From Ptychomitrium polyphyllum (taxonomy: Eukaryota): a stretch of 64,000 bases of DNA. Numbering within the stretch: the first letter of the stretch is position 1; each line of letters begins with the position of its first letter. Positions 26,213 to 41,200 of the stretch are shown here, piece after piece. Location: NCBI GenBank assembly GCA_973851085.1, contig OZ316775.1:9982001-10046000 (forward strand), read 5' to 3'. The position numbers and the translations under genes are program-made. The notes beneath the pieces are model-generated. The model worked only from the letters and a program-made list of their open reading frames with translations. It was not told the origin of the DNA and made no database searches.

Positions 26213-28144
26213 GGATTTCTATTCTGATGCAAATTGGAGCGCGCGAGTAAATGTGCACTTTCGTCGGGGCTGCATGTTGAGCGATTCAAAGTTGTTCCAG
26301 ATGTTTTATAGCTAGACTAGGTAGCTACTTTCAGGTCTGATGTCCAGTTGTTGGTGCAGACTGGTGGGGGTGATTGATGCCCTTGTATGATAGTGTTATT
26401 GTTGATTCTATGTGCTAACAATCTGGGCACTCAACCCAGTTGTAGCCTTCTAGTCTAGTCGTTGCAGTGGGAAAAGCATCGCTGCTCACGACTTGTTGGT
26501 ACAATCTGGCCAACATTTTAGAGACGATGACCATCAAGCAGAAACAGAAAATGTAAACTGGGTCACAAGCAGTAAATATCATTGGATTTTGGTGTCCATT
26601 ATCTTTTGCCTTGTTTCAATTGGAACTTCTTTCATTGTTGGACGTCATGCATTCATTGACACAGGTTTTCTGTGTCTTTTGTTATTGGTTTTTCCCTTTG
26701 TTATTGATTTTTACCATTGTCTTTCATTGTTGATTTTACTTTTAAGTGTAAGTTGCTTCTAATGCTCAAAAATACAACAATAGGGGGTTATTACTGCATT
26801 TGAGTTTATACCATGGTTATTGGATTGTAAAAATATTATGAGATCTTTGATATTTTTGACGTTTTTTTGTTGTACTATATGATCATTTCAAAGGTTGAGG
26901 GCTATTTTAAGAAATCACTTCAAATTTATAACATATAACATGTATTCGAAATACTTACATACATGTCACATATGTTATTGAAGTCAAAATAAATTGAAAG
27001 TTTGCATTTTCATTATGTTATAATATCTTTCTACAACAAGGACCTCATAAAAGTTGCCTTCATCTATAACCTGGATCCGCATTTGTGCCAAATTGCTCAG
27101 AAGCCAAACTATGAAAATTCTACCAAGTTACGTATTGACGCTAGTTAGTCACTGTATCTGAATTTAACAATATCTACGCAAGACGTACAGTTCATAACAA
27201 CAAAGTGTACACAGGCCCTAGACGAGGCGATTTCGTCTACAGCGACGGTTTTCAGTACAACCCTCACCGAAGAATTCCAAGTCATGGCAGGAGATGCCCT
27301 TACGTCGCAACACAATAATCAGCTCGCACCCTTCCACGTGTTCACATCCCAACCATCCACCATCATAAGGTCGTGCAATGTCCAGATCGGGCCCTTTTAC
27401 AGAAGTATGATCATTCAAGTGGGTTTGTATAAGGGTATCAATATGGTATCATATTGTTTAACACGAGTGAAACCGGACGTGACAAGAGTATCCACTATCC
27501 CGGGTATGGTATCTTTCTGATTGGTTCCTACAGGAGGGGCCTGTTTTCACGAGGTGAAGAGTCTTATGTCCCCATACAACGTCACCTCACTCTCACTCCC
27601 ATCAACCCAGCCTAGGTTGCGCACCCGAAGCCATCGCCGCATTGCAAAACCAACACAATCTAGAGAAGAAATACATTCTACAGGTCATACCTCGGAATCC
27701 TGTAAATGAAGCTGATGTTGAATGCAGTGACGGCTCTCAGGACGTTGGCCTGCTGTATTGGACGTGCACTCAAAACCGTCACTGTATCCAGAAAGTACTT
27801 ATCGGAGTAGGTTATAGATTTGATCGACTGAAGGGTTGGCTCACTGTTGAGAATGTGTACTAGAAATGAACACTTCAGAGAGCACCACAGAAACAGATAA
27901 CAATAGAGCACAACACTTCTCTCCAGAGCTTCTAAAACCGTTACCGCACTCCAGAACCGACAGTGTGGGTTTATGGTGGTGTGACGGTTTTGGTATGCAG
28001 CCCAGAGGTTTCTCATCCGGGGAAGGACGGGGATGGATATGGCGATGCAAAGGCCACTCCTTTGGCACACAAGGACTGTGGTGGTCTTGCGAATTTGGAG
28101 CCAAGGTGGTGCTTGGAGGGAGGGATTGCTGGAGGTGAGGAGAA

Positions 28145-30948
28145 ATGGCTACTGCAAGCATTTCAGCCTCCAAGGCCACAGTTTTCTCTGCTCAGGCAAC
28201 GCCCAAGGCCGCCCAAGCACTCCGCAGAAGCTCCGTCACGTTCCGGAAGCCTGCTGCATTGTCATCTGCCGAGGTAATGTGAATTTTCGGTTTTGTTTCC
28301 GATGAGTGTTTTTCTGTAGTGGGGTGTTTTTTTGGAACTGAGCGATTCGGCTTTCTGGATGTTGAGAGATGTAGGGGAAGGCTTTGCAGTTTTGAAGAAT
28401 GTGGGTGAAGTTGACGAGGGTGTGATGATACTCCTTTCAGTAGGGTGGATCTAGTTTTGGTAGAAGTTTGGGGTTGATGTTAGATGCATGACTCGCTTGA
28501 GTATCTGTTGTGTCAAATTTTGAGCAATTTTCTGTATGTGATTGTTTCGCGTACAGGTTCTTGGATTGGGAGTGTCTGGCTCTCTCAGCAACAAGAATGA
28601 GCTGCGAAGTGTTCGTGCCTCCACCAGTGCGAAGCAAGCATCTCGACTTCGATTGGAGGTTTGTCATCAATTTTTAGTTATTGAATTTCAGAAGTGTGAT
28701 TATAATTAACAATGTGATGGTTTAAAGAGTCTGATTAATGTTCTTTCGCATGCTCATCTATTGTTTCTTTCCTTTCATCCGTGATCTGTTTTCACGTAGC
28801 GTTTTAGTAAATTCGGTGACATGTGTTTCATTATTGCCTTGAAATTTTTTAAGTCTCGTTATTATGAGTCGTACTATGTGTGGTGATTGTAGTTCAGAAT
28901 TTGATGCGATTTTCTTTGTTGCCCAAAACGATCAATTAAGGATAGTTCCTTTCTTTCAGGTGACTGCCAAAACTGCTGGAGCTGCGAAGCAATACGAAAC
29001 AGAGGTTGACAAGCCTCTGGGTCTTGCTCTTGGTCAGATTCCTGGAGGTCGTGTTGTCATCACGGTACTGTTCACTCTTGGATGTGCAGTTTGACGATGC
29101 TTTTATTGTATGTCATTAGGAAGTTCATTCTAACATTTTTCAAATGCTGCAGTGGAGCTTGGAACGGCATTGAATGCTTTTTTAGAAACATTCTTGTTTT
29201 GAATGAATTTATGCATGTATCCTTCTCTGCAGGTACTCTGACAGAATTAGAACGATTAAAGCCAACATAGCATGCAGGCGGTTTAGCCATAAAATGTGTC
29301 ATGGTAATGATGGGATTCAAAGCTTTTTCTTACACCGTCGTCTCAACTTGTAATCTGGTGGTTTTGCATGTTTTACAGCAAGTAGAAGCTCGAGGAAACG
29401 CAGCCAAAGCAGGTTTGAAGGTTGGCGACCAAGTTATCTACACAAGCAGTTTCTTCGGTGACGAGCTGTGGCCGGCTGATAAACTTGGTCTCACCAAGAC
29501 TGCTATCAACGCCAAACCCGACTCTGTCTATTTTGTCGTAGCCCGGTAAACTCGAAATACTTTAATTCACTTCATACAAATATGAACCACACCCAATGTC
29601 TGTAGTAAACGTTAGTCCATTTGCGTTCTTACGATCTGGCAGTTTTTCTCTTTATAAATGAAATTGGTTTTCTGGATGTCTGTTATAAAGGGTGAAAGCA
29701 TGTACTATTTTGTGTAAAGAAATGAAGTTGGTGATTGGAAGATTCTGTAAATATATGCAGAAGCATGGGTAAAAGCCCATTAACTTGTAAACATTGAAGC
29801 GGATCGTAGTCTTATTCCTTGCCAGTTTGAACTTTGTTAGAATCGATAGCGAGGAAAAATTACTTTGATAGTGAAATGAGTTCAGTTAAATGTACTAGTC
29901 ATGTTTTCTAAGGTCCCAACTAATATGGGAGGTAGACTATGGCACTGCTGTGTATGTCTTTCTGTACACCCAAACGATGGTTTCTGCTCTTCGGGTCCAG
30001 GGCTCATCATTCTAAGGATGACCCCAGACTAGATATATAACAAAACCTCTGTTTTAAATGGAAATCATTTAGCTGCTTGTAACTGATCGTAGTTCTTTAC
30101 CTTCGTACAGAGGTGCGGATGTGGATGTGAAGAGGCTTCCAAAAAGACCAGCACCTCCTCGGTTTGGAAGGAAATTGACTGACGCTCAAAAGGTGAGTCA
30201 GCTAGCCAGTTGATAAGCATACAGCTAATGCTCTTGTAGACGTGGTGATCGAACCACTTGTCTAAGCCAGTACTTAGAGACTAACTTGGCTTGTGAATCT
30301 GTTGTAGGCTCGAGCAACGCATGTGTGTCTTGACTGCGGTTACATTTACACTCTCTCCAAGCCATTTGACGAGCAGGTAATCACCACACTCATGTTTATG
30401 TTTCAGTTTGTTCCACTTCTCGAAAAGAATATTCACTGCCGGAAATGAACTCAACAATGTGTTGAGAATTTGATCGTGGTTCACTTAGTTCCTTCTGTAA
30501 CTTTCATTTCTGCTACATTTTAGTACCATAGAATCTGAGTTCTTTTTTGGAAAGATCGCTCATGGTTTGCAGATAACCAAACTTTCTTGGTAGATTACGG
30601 TGTTATTTATCTCCGTGGTCATGTATGTACAACCATTACTTGACTAACGTCTGCTATCCCGAGTACGCTTAGTGAAGCAAATTAGTAATGAAGGTGGTGC
30701 GTATTATTTTCCAAGTTACTTTAAATGAAGGTAGGACTTAGAGTCTACTGTTTCTGATGGTATTATTTTGGTTGCAGCCGGAAGGCTTTCAATGTCCTCA
30801 ATGCCAGGCACCAAAGAAGAGATTTGCTGGTTACGACCCAGAAACGGGGAACACCATTGGTGGGCAGAATACTCCTCTCCCAGTGCTCATCGGAGTCGTT
30901 CTTGGAGCCGCAGCAATTGGTGCTTTCCTCTTCTTTGGCTTGCAGTAG
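28145..30948 (+). CDS. ENH1: Chloroplast PDZ + rubredoxin-like protein (ENHANCER OF SOS3-1 type), 7 exons, 274 aa
   Basis: Exons 28145-28273, 28557-28658, 28960-29064, 29379-29545, 30111-30192, 30308-30376 and 30778-30948 join in frame. Transit peptide, PDZ (VDKPLGL...GNAAKAGLKVGDQV), CLDCGYIY...CPQC rubredoxin and a C-terminal TM helix. Confidence 0.92.
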
Positions 30949-33344
30949 ATTATAATATTTGTCGAAAATCAGATTTTGGACCCATAGCATAGATCAACTT
31001 GTTTTATTACGGATCTGGGAACCCAAAGTCCAGAGCTCGAAGAATGTGGAAATCTGTATCTTATTAAATCCGTAAGAAAGTGGATCACTTCCCTTCCTTC
31101 AATAAGCAGACCATGTCTCTGAGTGTCTTTTGAGTTGATTGTGATTTCCTTATTATTATTTCTTCCTTTTGCGGACCTCCTGTTAGGTGCATAGGGCACG
31201 AAGTTACTTCTCTCTGCTCTCTGCTTAGAGTCATGTTAACAAGCGCAGAATCCGTTGATTTCTAACTATATTTCGAACGAAACATTAAATGAATGTCATT
31301 AAACTAGTAGAAACTGCTAATCTGATAATGTTTATTGAGGCTGGTCTGACACTCCGTCAAGTCGCTCACCGTCCGCTTCAAGTTTCAATCCTCTTCATCT
31401 CAGGTTCGATTCGAGCTTTACTAGCTTATGTGGCCGCTTCAGGTGGTAATTGGACCATACGATCATACCTAGTAGTTAACTTTTGCAAATAAATAAACTT
31501 TATTCATGTGCAGTAACAGATCAAAAAATTTAAGAAATGAGCTTGGCTGCTGTAGTTTTTAGTGGCATGTTATGTAACTTGTAGTACTTGTAAAGGAGCC
31601 AACCTTCACACTGCGCCCCAACTCGCAACTGCTGAAGTAGATTCACATGAAATACTGCATTCTGATTGGCTGGATTCAAAACAGTAGTGAGCTTTGGCCA
31701 ATGACGTTGGTGGAATTGAATCGAGATTCACGAACGGAAATTCAGTGTGAAGCGTTTCTAAGTTGAACAAAAGTAACAGCTACTTGATTTGCGGCGGCCG
31801 AAAAGTGACCGGATTTATAACTTGATCGAAACTTACAACCACTAAGAAAGGGATACACTGCCGCGTTACCATGTTGTCATGCTGGTGCGGGCCAGGTTAA
31901 AATGGAACACGTGGGTCGGTTAATGTCCACTTGGTGCTGCTCTTGAAAAGATTCTGTACGTAGTCAATTGCTGAATGCTCATGAAGTCATATGTCGCCTA
32001 CTTTTGAACTGAACGAGAGTCCTCACATCTATATAATCATAAGGATGGTAACCGTGTTATTCACAAAATCAAAAAAATTGACTATGATCGAGTAGCGAGT
32101 ATCTGAAAAGACGTCCTTCCAGGGTAAGTGCGAATTCCAAACTGAAATGATGCAACACCAATAGGCACAAATGAATAACTCAGTGGGTATCTGATAGCTG
32201 ATAGTTGATCGCAGAGTTAAATATAACGGTACGCTGTAATCTTCACAGAGAATTGCCAACATCACAGAGAAGCCGCTAAAACCGCCAAAATCGGTTACTT
32301 GCTATGCCTTCCGTTTGAGATGTGTAGTATTGTATAATATTTAATTATCCCACCATTGATTCCTAAGTCCTCGAAGAATTGGAGCCTGAATCAATTGATG
32401 GGCTATCGAAGTACAATGGATTCCTATGTACGTTGCAAAGCCACTTGCCAAAGGAGACAGCTTTGGGACCTGGGTCCTGGCAAGGTCGGCCTGGTTGACG
32501 GGCCGTTCTCAGCAACATCAGGAGTTGTCCAGTTGGAGGACGGTATCAGGTTTCAATGACGGCACTCATCACGGTATTTCTGTTGCTAATTGATAAACAA
32601 AATGGTCACGGGTGTGTTTCTTGTCTTCGAATGCAATCACACGAGAATCTTCTAAGATCCCCACAGGTACGGAAGTACCCACTGTCATGCTTTTTGATTC
32701 CTGATAAGTCTTTTAGATAGGCTGCTGAGATATTGTCAAGCATGAGCATGTCATACTTCTCGAGGGAAACCTAACCAGTTCTGCCTTTCTAATCTTAGTG
32801 TAATACGATTGCAACAGCACTCTCAATTGCTCGGGGAGATAGAACATGGAGATCACTTATATTAAAAAAGCATTACCAGGACCTCCACAAATCTTGGAGC
32901 TGTGATGCTACACAGTCCCTTCTTAACTACGGCGGTTCTGTATCCTTAGATATTACAATCAAATCTTAACAATCGAACTCATCTTGCAACTACTTAATGA
33001 AAGAATCTTCTACCTAAAAGGCTGAGTCAATCTACATGAGGTTGATCTCAGTGACAAACCTTAGGGTTCAATTCATCACATCGACGTTGCCACACATTTA
33101 AGCTCCTACCTCATCAACCGTTTGATGATTTTTCAACCTGCAAAGAAAAACCGAAATCTTTGAACGTGTCTAAAAAATGGGCAACGTCACCAAGATTGCA
33201 TCTTTCATGACAAAAAGAGTCCATAACTATGTCCAAAGCTCCAGCTTTGTGCTTCCTTCTAAGTTGTTTGTGCCTCAAAGAGTCGGCGCTTTCACAACAG
33301 CTCTTACTCCTCCATGCACCTCGAGAAATCTAGCTAGGGTGGAG

Positions 33345-35249
33345 TTAGCGGGGGAACACGCAAGCTCCAAAACCTGAGCAGTACAATATTGGTCGGTAAA
33401 TTGTCAGAAAAAAATCTGTCCACAACTCATTAAACCACGCAGACAAGACAACTCAAAACCTCCGAGTGGAAAAATTAGGCATTCAAAAGCGGGATCCCAG
33501 ATGTTTCTAGAAAGACAAAAATGGTAAGGCTGCAGGCTTACTTGGATCGGTGGCGGTCAAAATGGCTGCGCCATCGAAGGAGCAGCTTCCACCAGCACCC
33601 TTGTACTGCTGCCAATATCTATTAAACGCCCATGAAGCATGGCTAGCAACAGTATTCGGAAGATAACAGCTCTGCCCTGACTGAATGTCCGCGCAGAAAT
33701 CCGCATTCGCGCCACAAGCGAAATTCAACGCATTCTTCAGAGTGGTCGGATCAGCAGCTGGATTGCTAACGCACCATGTTCCAGATCCACCACTCAAAGG
33801 AGGCGTTGCGAGAATCGGCGAATCCACGCTGGGATTGTAGAAGCTCGCAGCCGTTTGCCCAGTCAAGTCTATGGCGTAAACTGGTGCTAGGTTAGGGTAC
33901 AGAAGACCCCAATTGCGCTCTGAGGCTGCTCCGGGTTTCTGATTTTCGTTAAAGAGAGCAAAAATGTAGGTCGGGACGAAGATTCCAGGTCGTCCCGGAG
34001 TACCCACCTGCGTTGACGACAGAACTTTACTCACCAACCGCCGATTGTAAGCTGCAGCGTTGTCGACGGTCGCGGCGGGTTGGTTTGCATCCCCTGCCGA
34101 GGGCCATCCCGTCTCGCCGACTGCAATCCTGACATTTCCGAACCCGAGCCGCGTGGTTGCAGCGTTAACCGCGTCGAGCTGCGCATCCATCAAATTCGTG
34201 TACACAAGCCCGCCATCCACAACCTTGGCCGTGGCCGTGCTCGCAAACAGTGCATAGCCGAGGTTGATGTCTGTGCTGGTCGAGTATGTCAGAAAGGGAT
34301 ACACATTTACGAACAAGTAGGAGTTTGTCGAGGTCAGAAACGATAGCAGGGGTTGGATGACGGTCGTCGCAATGTCGGCCCGAAATGTCCCGACAGAAGG
34401 AGGATACGAAGTTGCTAGGACATCAAGTGCAACTGCGGTGGAAATCTTAATCTGCCCGGACCATCCGCGGGTCACAAGAGAAGCTTGGAGGTTTTGGATT
34501 GCTGGGACGAGAGACGTCCATGTGGGTTGATAGGTCGTGCCGGTGAAGATTTCGTTTCCGATCAGGATGACCACAATGTTCGTTGCGGGATAGTAGGGTG
34601 CGACGTTCTGCTGGATCCACGAGTCGCCTGCGGTTGGGCTCGCACCCACCGCCACTATCTGTTCGTTGGGAACTGTCACCACGACTTCCATGCCGCTGTT
34701 GGCAAGCGCTGTGAGGATGCCTGCATCGGGGTTGAATAGTTTCACTCTTCCGATTTTCATTGCCTTGATTGCTGTCACTGCATCGGCTGGGCTAGGAAGG
34801 TTTTCGCCCAGTGTTCCGTAGTTGATGCCCACGGTGGGCGATAGCTGTGCATATCCCGCTGCCATTCCACCAGAACAGCAAACGATAAGAAACCATGATA
34901 ACTCTGCCAGAAGAAATTGATCAACAGAGCTCTGCTGCCTAAACTTGCAGATATTCACTGCATAACGCCCCTGGGATTGATTTGAGTAGCAAGCCAATTC
35001 ATCACGATTGCACAAGGGCATGTGTCACTTCCGTCAAGTGATTTTGCCTCAGTTTCAGAAGAGCTGTCTAAGTGTGTGCGAGGTGGAAGCGAAAAGCTTT
35101 TATAGACTAACCATTTATGAAAGTAGGAAGGTTGTGCGTATCATACCATCTTGTCCGTGGCATTGCCAAACAATCGGGGTGAGGCAGAGGCAGAGGAGCA
35201 ACATGAGCGACATCCTTGAATTGATTGAGATCATCTTGGCCGCTTCCAT
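33345..35249 (-). CDS. Secreted glucan endo-1,3-beta-glucosidase (GH17 + X8), 3 exons, 482 aa
   Basis: Exons 35249-35147 (signal peptide), 34858-33542 and 33373-33345. VGINYG, IGNE, VGETGWPS, FALFNEN.KPG..SERNWG motifs and an X8 domain from WCV to TDPSFGACVFPR*. Confidence 0.92.
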
Positions 35250-38200
35250 GCCCGTTTGCTCGAAATCCTCCACCCTACTTTACGGTTATGGCCTTCCTCA
35301 ATTCCCGAGGTTACTGCTGTATTGAATAATACAATTTCTTTTCTTTGAGAAGCGAGGGTTATCCAAGTGTGACGAAACAAGAATGTGTTTTCCAGTATTT
35401 AGTAGTTTCCGTACTAAATTTGCTCGATTTAGGACGGTCGGCCGGCAGCTTCGACCGTCGAGAAGATGCAGAAATGCTTATAGATCTAGTCTACCTGCAG
35501 TGCAACCTTCAGCAGAAATGGCCAAGAATCTCCACATAAACAAGTCCGCTAAACAGCTTCCTCGACATGCAGTAACTACAACTTATAGCTTCCCAAACGG
35601 AAACACAAATAACCTCGACGACGAAACGATGCTGCTCTCAACAGAAGCAACTGATAAAATTGCGGAATCTCGCCAATTGAAGGTTGCAGGTCTCATCTAA
35701 AAGCTTGACAGTTAACAGCCAAGAAACCTCAAGTCACTCACCAACAACGACTAGCTGGCCCCAGTTCGTTGCGCTCCAGTAATGGCCTACTGACAATCCA
35801 ATGGATCACACAACGACTAAACCTCGACGACTCTTCACCCAATCGAGATAAACCAGCTTCAAGTCACAAATATGCGCCAACAAGAGCCGTAAAGATTTAA
35901 CAAAAACAACACCTCAGAAGCTCAAAATGAGCTGAACGCTTCCACCGACTACACAACCGAACACTTGATATTCCTGCAGGCTTCCGTATTGCTCTCGAGC
36001 TGCAGCTCATAGGATTGAACAGAGCTAGAACCGGCTGCAAGTATAGCACTGTGCACTCTAAGCGGTGACCCACGTCTTTTATATTGCCGAAAGCCACCTT
36101 CTGACTCGTCGCCTTACGTAGAAACTTCATCCCTTGATAACAAAACACGGCGGAGAATATCGGCAGGCGATGCAGAAAGGCGACGCTGACCCTGCAGCAG
36201 CTGCAGCTCCACCGGAATACTAACAGCAAACAATCCGTGCGCAATTGCCTGATTGCCACACCCACGAATTTCCCAACCTTTCTGCTCCTAACGAAAGAAA
36301 ACGTCACGCGACCTCTACTTGCTCTGATCTCATTAAAAAACAGAAAATAGTAAAAGAACTGCCCGAGACCGGCAGTTGGGATCAAACCAAGCCTCTTCTC
36401 GCTCTCTCTCCGCTCGATCATCGCTGCCTGCGGGAGGTGACAGAATATTCTTTCAGTTGCGAACCTAAAGATTCTCGCCTATCGACTACTTGCTTCAACC
36501 CAGGGCTGGTCTTCCGCTCCGTGTCTGGTTACCTGTTCGGCACCTTACTTGAACAGTGAGCACTGACAAGAACCACCAAGAATCATCTCGACCTCCAGGA
36601 TCAGTAAACTTATCACCTTGTTTTCTTTTTTTTTCCCATGCAGCTGAAACGATGTGAACACACTGGACACTTCACTGCTACCAAACCGAGTTGGGGAACA
36701 AGTTGATGACCTTTGAGACTCACCTCACGGCACGTAAAGAGAACAGTGATCTGTGATAAATGTCAACAGGAATCGTTTGGACTTGATAAGTAGTTTCTTA
36801 ACTTGTTGTATGACCTTTTACTTCAATGCAAAATGAAATGATAGTTTCGTTTCTGTGAAGGTGATACAATGTTCAATCAGCTGGATTGTGGATATTTTCT
36901 GTGGTTTTTAGGTTCGAACTCACGGCATCTGTGATGACGTAATGAGGCACTTTGGTTTGTGGCAGTCAGTGATTTATCAGGTTGTTTTTAAAAAGTTTAA
37001 ACACGACTAGAATGTTGATTCCATTGGTATAAACACAATATAATTGTCACTTCACTGTTACCTAACCGGAGCTTGACCTGTTGGCGAATTTTTTTCTGAT
37101 TTTAGAATTTACCTCCTGTCACATATTCATACTTGGCGTGTTAGTTGGCTTCCTGAGTATGGTATCAACTTGAATTGAGGTATTCGTGAACTCGCCCCTT
37201 TTTTTTGGAAGGATAATTTTACCATTGATTTCACCTCCTTTTTCATATTGTTTGTGTTGATGATTGGAGTACATACTTAAATATATTAAAGTTTCATTCA
37301 TTTGATTGGCATACATACTCCTTGCATGCATTTCAGGATAATTATCCACGTTTTGAAGTAAAAAGCATGAGATTATAATTAACTTTTATAAAGTTCCAAA
37401 GAATCTCAACTTTTTTTAGAATATAATGTGGCTAAAACCTAAGTTATGGGATTGATAATGAAAATTTTAATTCAAGCTTTTTTAATCCATTCCTTGATTA
37501 ATGGAGAAGGATATTCAATGTCCAAGGAAATGTGGTCCTTAGTGTAAAATTGAGCTAAGTGAAATTGAAAATTAGTGAAATTTGTCATACATGAACTATG
37601 TGCGAGGGTGGCCTACAGTTTAGGAAACTTTGTGAAGAGTTCTTTTAAATAGAGTTTAAACTTCATGAATCAAAACATAAACAACTTATATGTTGCCATG
37701 AACTTGAAGTAATTACATGTCTTGCAGTGAAGGAGAGAGCATGTCTTCTTAAGAAAAGAACTCAAATGTTGTGCATCAACACCAACTTGTAACTTAGGCT
37801 CAACTTTGTAAGTTTATTGAAAATGGTCCTATGCACATTGATACACGATGATGAAAGGATAGGATAGAGACTTTCTTCACACTGGCTCTGGAGTTGTTCT
37901 TCTTTTACATTTTTAGCAACTATAACAATTAGTTGAACTTTGTGAATTGCTTAGAATGGGTAACTGGTTTCCTGGGAAGTGGAAATCTATTAGATATATT
38001 TTTATAGATGCAACTCCGAGTCTGCAGTCAATATCACATTATGCACAAGAACTGACTTTAAATGTGACATGTACACAGAGTACATCACACATCCACAATG
38101 ACACAGGGATGATGTCAAGCTGTTTCATGTGTGCACTGTGAATTGTCAGGTCCTTCACATGTGTATTGTACATAATTGTGTCCCCCAAGTTACAGTGTCT

Positions 38201-41200
38201 GGAAACTTTGCCCAAGTTTGTGGTGCACTTTCAGTCTCAAACTTGCAACTGAGAATTCCAATACAGTTATTGGAGTAACACCAGTAGAATTTCACAGGAT
38301 GGTTGCTGTGTCCTTTTACGCATCTCATACTCATCACAACTCTAATTTCATTCCATACCTTCTTACAAAGGAGAGCGTTAATTCTCTCTTTAGTCAATTT
38401 ATACGTACTTAACTTGTGCCTTGTGCATGTTACCAATAGTTTAAAATGTTACAACAATTTTATTTCCATTTCACCTTGCCATGATATATGTATGTATGTA
38501 GACTCAGCTATTGTTTATTACTAGCATTATTTGTGTATTCGTTTACGTTACAAATGTTGGTATTATGTTAAAGGTCTCGTTAAATTCTCTTCATTTTATT
38601 ACATTTTATTAGGAATGTGAATCCTTTCCTATTCTATCATACACATATCTACTAGGAATTGTAAATGGATCCATAGCTCCTTCTAACAATACAATCCATC
38701 TTTTTTGCATTTAAAGTAGTTTTTTTTCATTCAAAGCACTTCCAAGTATCTATAACAGTGGCAATAAGTAGGGCCATTACAATACAAATCTACAGCAATA
38801 AATTATTCCAAAGGCAATCTAAAGTAAAATCTGGCAAATCAAAGACTTATTGCTTTATATTTCATAAAATTGTTTATTAACTTCATACATTATCCTTTAA
38901 AGAATAAAAACCAACTCCAATATTTATCATTGACGTCCTATAATTCCAATTTAGTAATTGAATCATAATGATGATTGATAAAAAATAAACTCAATATTTT
39001 ATGGATGAAATTTATATCTTCATTATGCTATGGAGGCCTACAATTTTGTTGAAAGTATTTTTCCACCTCTCACTCTTCTTTCAAGTACTTTGAAAAATAA
39101 TATAATTAATTATTATATTATATAAATAGTTAAAAAACTAGTTAAATTAAATATTATCAAATAGTGTGATTTATCAACAGAACAATTTGATTGGTTCTCA
39201 AGTTTCATTATTCATATTTTATTTGGAACCTTTTATGTAGAAAGAGGTCTAAATTCATTTGGAATGAAATTTGATCATTGCCACCAAGTGTCTTCATTTG
39301 CACAATGGATTTGAACAGTTCTTTGTGCAACAACTACTTTTATTTTTCTTTGAAAAAGTGAGGCTTCTTACTACCAAAGAATGTAGTGCTTTTAGTCTTC
39401 ATTTGTTACAATTAGAAAATAAAATTAACAAATCCATTGTTTGATTATATTCAAAGTCCATTCAAGTATTTTGAAAAAAAATTTAGAATTACAATATTTG
39501 TTTCATCAAAGTTAATCATAAATGGTCCAATTAAGCAATTTTGCATAATTTCATTTAAATAAATATGTTTGTTTATTTATTTGATTAAGCACTTTCATCC
39601 ATTATTCTAAATGAAAAATCCATTAAATTTTTTGTAGGTGAAATGTATTTTATGGATTTTCTTTTTATTATCAAAAATCTCAAATTTTATAAGAAGTTTT
39701 CTTCAAAACTTAGAACATGAGACCTGTAGGATCTAATTCTATACCATTTAATTATCATATATTGAATTTTTTAATTTTTGAATTGTATTACTATAGCATT
39801 TTTCAAGGCTTTGAGCAACTCACCCTCATCTTGCAATGTGGACATTTACAATAAATGATAGTGAGAGCATATTGTAATGAATGCACAAATATATGGACAT
39901 AGTTTGATGATTTGTACACAAACTTCTTTGTTTGTCTTACACTTGACTAACTTTTTGACAATGTATTTGTAACCTTGAACAATGGATAAATCCTCACATT
40001 ATGGAATGATGGAACAGGGTGCTAAAAGGGGTGGCTAAAAATGTTATGATGAAATGGAATCTACAACATTTTCATGATTTCGAGCAATAATTCATGAATA
40101 GCAGAAGAAGCTGATTGAAGGTGACTTCACAACGCATCATGGTTTAGAAGGGTTCCAAATCAGTGTTCTCCCACTGATCCCCACACTACAGGCGTGACTT
40201 GCACCAGAAATGGGCTCACTTGTACGCACAAAACCAGTACAATACATGTGTTACACACTGTCAACCACAGAAGTTGGTTTTGGAAAGCTTGAAGTATTTA
40301 CCTTTGATGAATATACTTTTGATGAACAACTCATCAAATCTAACTCCTATATTATCCAAGGCTAGGGTAATTCAAGTGTTGTTCACCTTACAAATATTGG
40401 TGCTACGTCCTTTTATCAACTTTTTAAAAAGGTATAACTTCAAGTACATAGTTAGTGTGGTGAACACTAATCACACTTTTAGTGCATTGGAGTCCACCAA
40501 CAAATCCAATTAGTACCAATCATATATTGCTCAGTGAACTTGCTCCTTGAATTTACTTCAACGTGCTTCCAACTTCAACATGCTTCCAACATGCTATAAA
40601 GAATTCGCTCCATGAATGCAATTGCAGGCGTATTTCCACTATTTGATATTGAAACTTACTTGTGCCAGTGACATCACTACCCATATCAAGTCACCCAAGA
40701 CTTTGGAGACAAACTCACAACCAACCTTGTGTTGCGTAGGAAATCAAGCAATGGTCACTGAAGTCACCAAAATGGAAATTCTTGCAAAACCATGAAGTAT
40801 TGGATTTCAAAGAATGGAGTTTGGTTTTTTCATACTGTCATATTCACCTTCCAGAAACTGATTCAATTCCAGTTGTTTAAACTTCCAAAACACATACTTA
40901 CAAACTCACACTGCTAAAAGTACATAAAATGGCCTCCAGAAAGAATGCCTGGGAGTTTATTAAAGAATGCAAGGTAAGTAATGCACACAGTTTGAGGGGT
41001 TGTTCACCTCTAGTTACTGGCAGTTGATAGCACTCCTGCAAGGAGGTAACTTTGACCTTGAACTTGTGGCCTTTCTGCAACTGATTTCAGCATGTATTGT
41101 TGCTGTGCCTGTCCAGACAGCATGAAGCACCGCGAGAGAGAAATTACACGTGGACAGTTGTGAGGAAAGAAATATAGGAATGTACAGAAAAGGACTTGGA

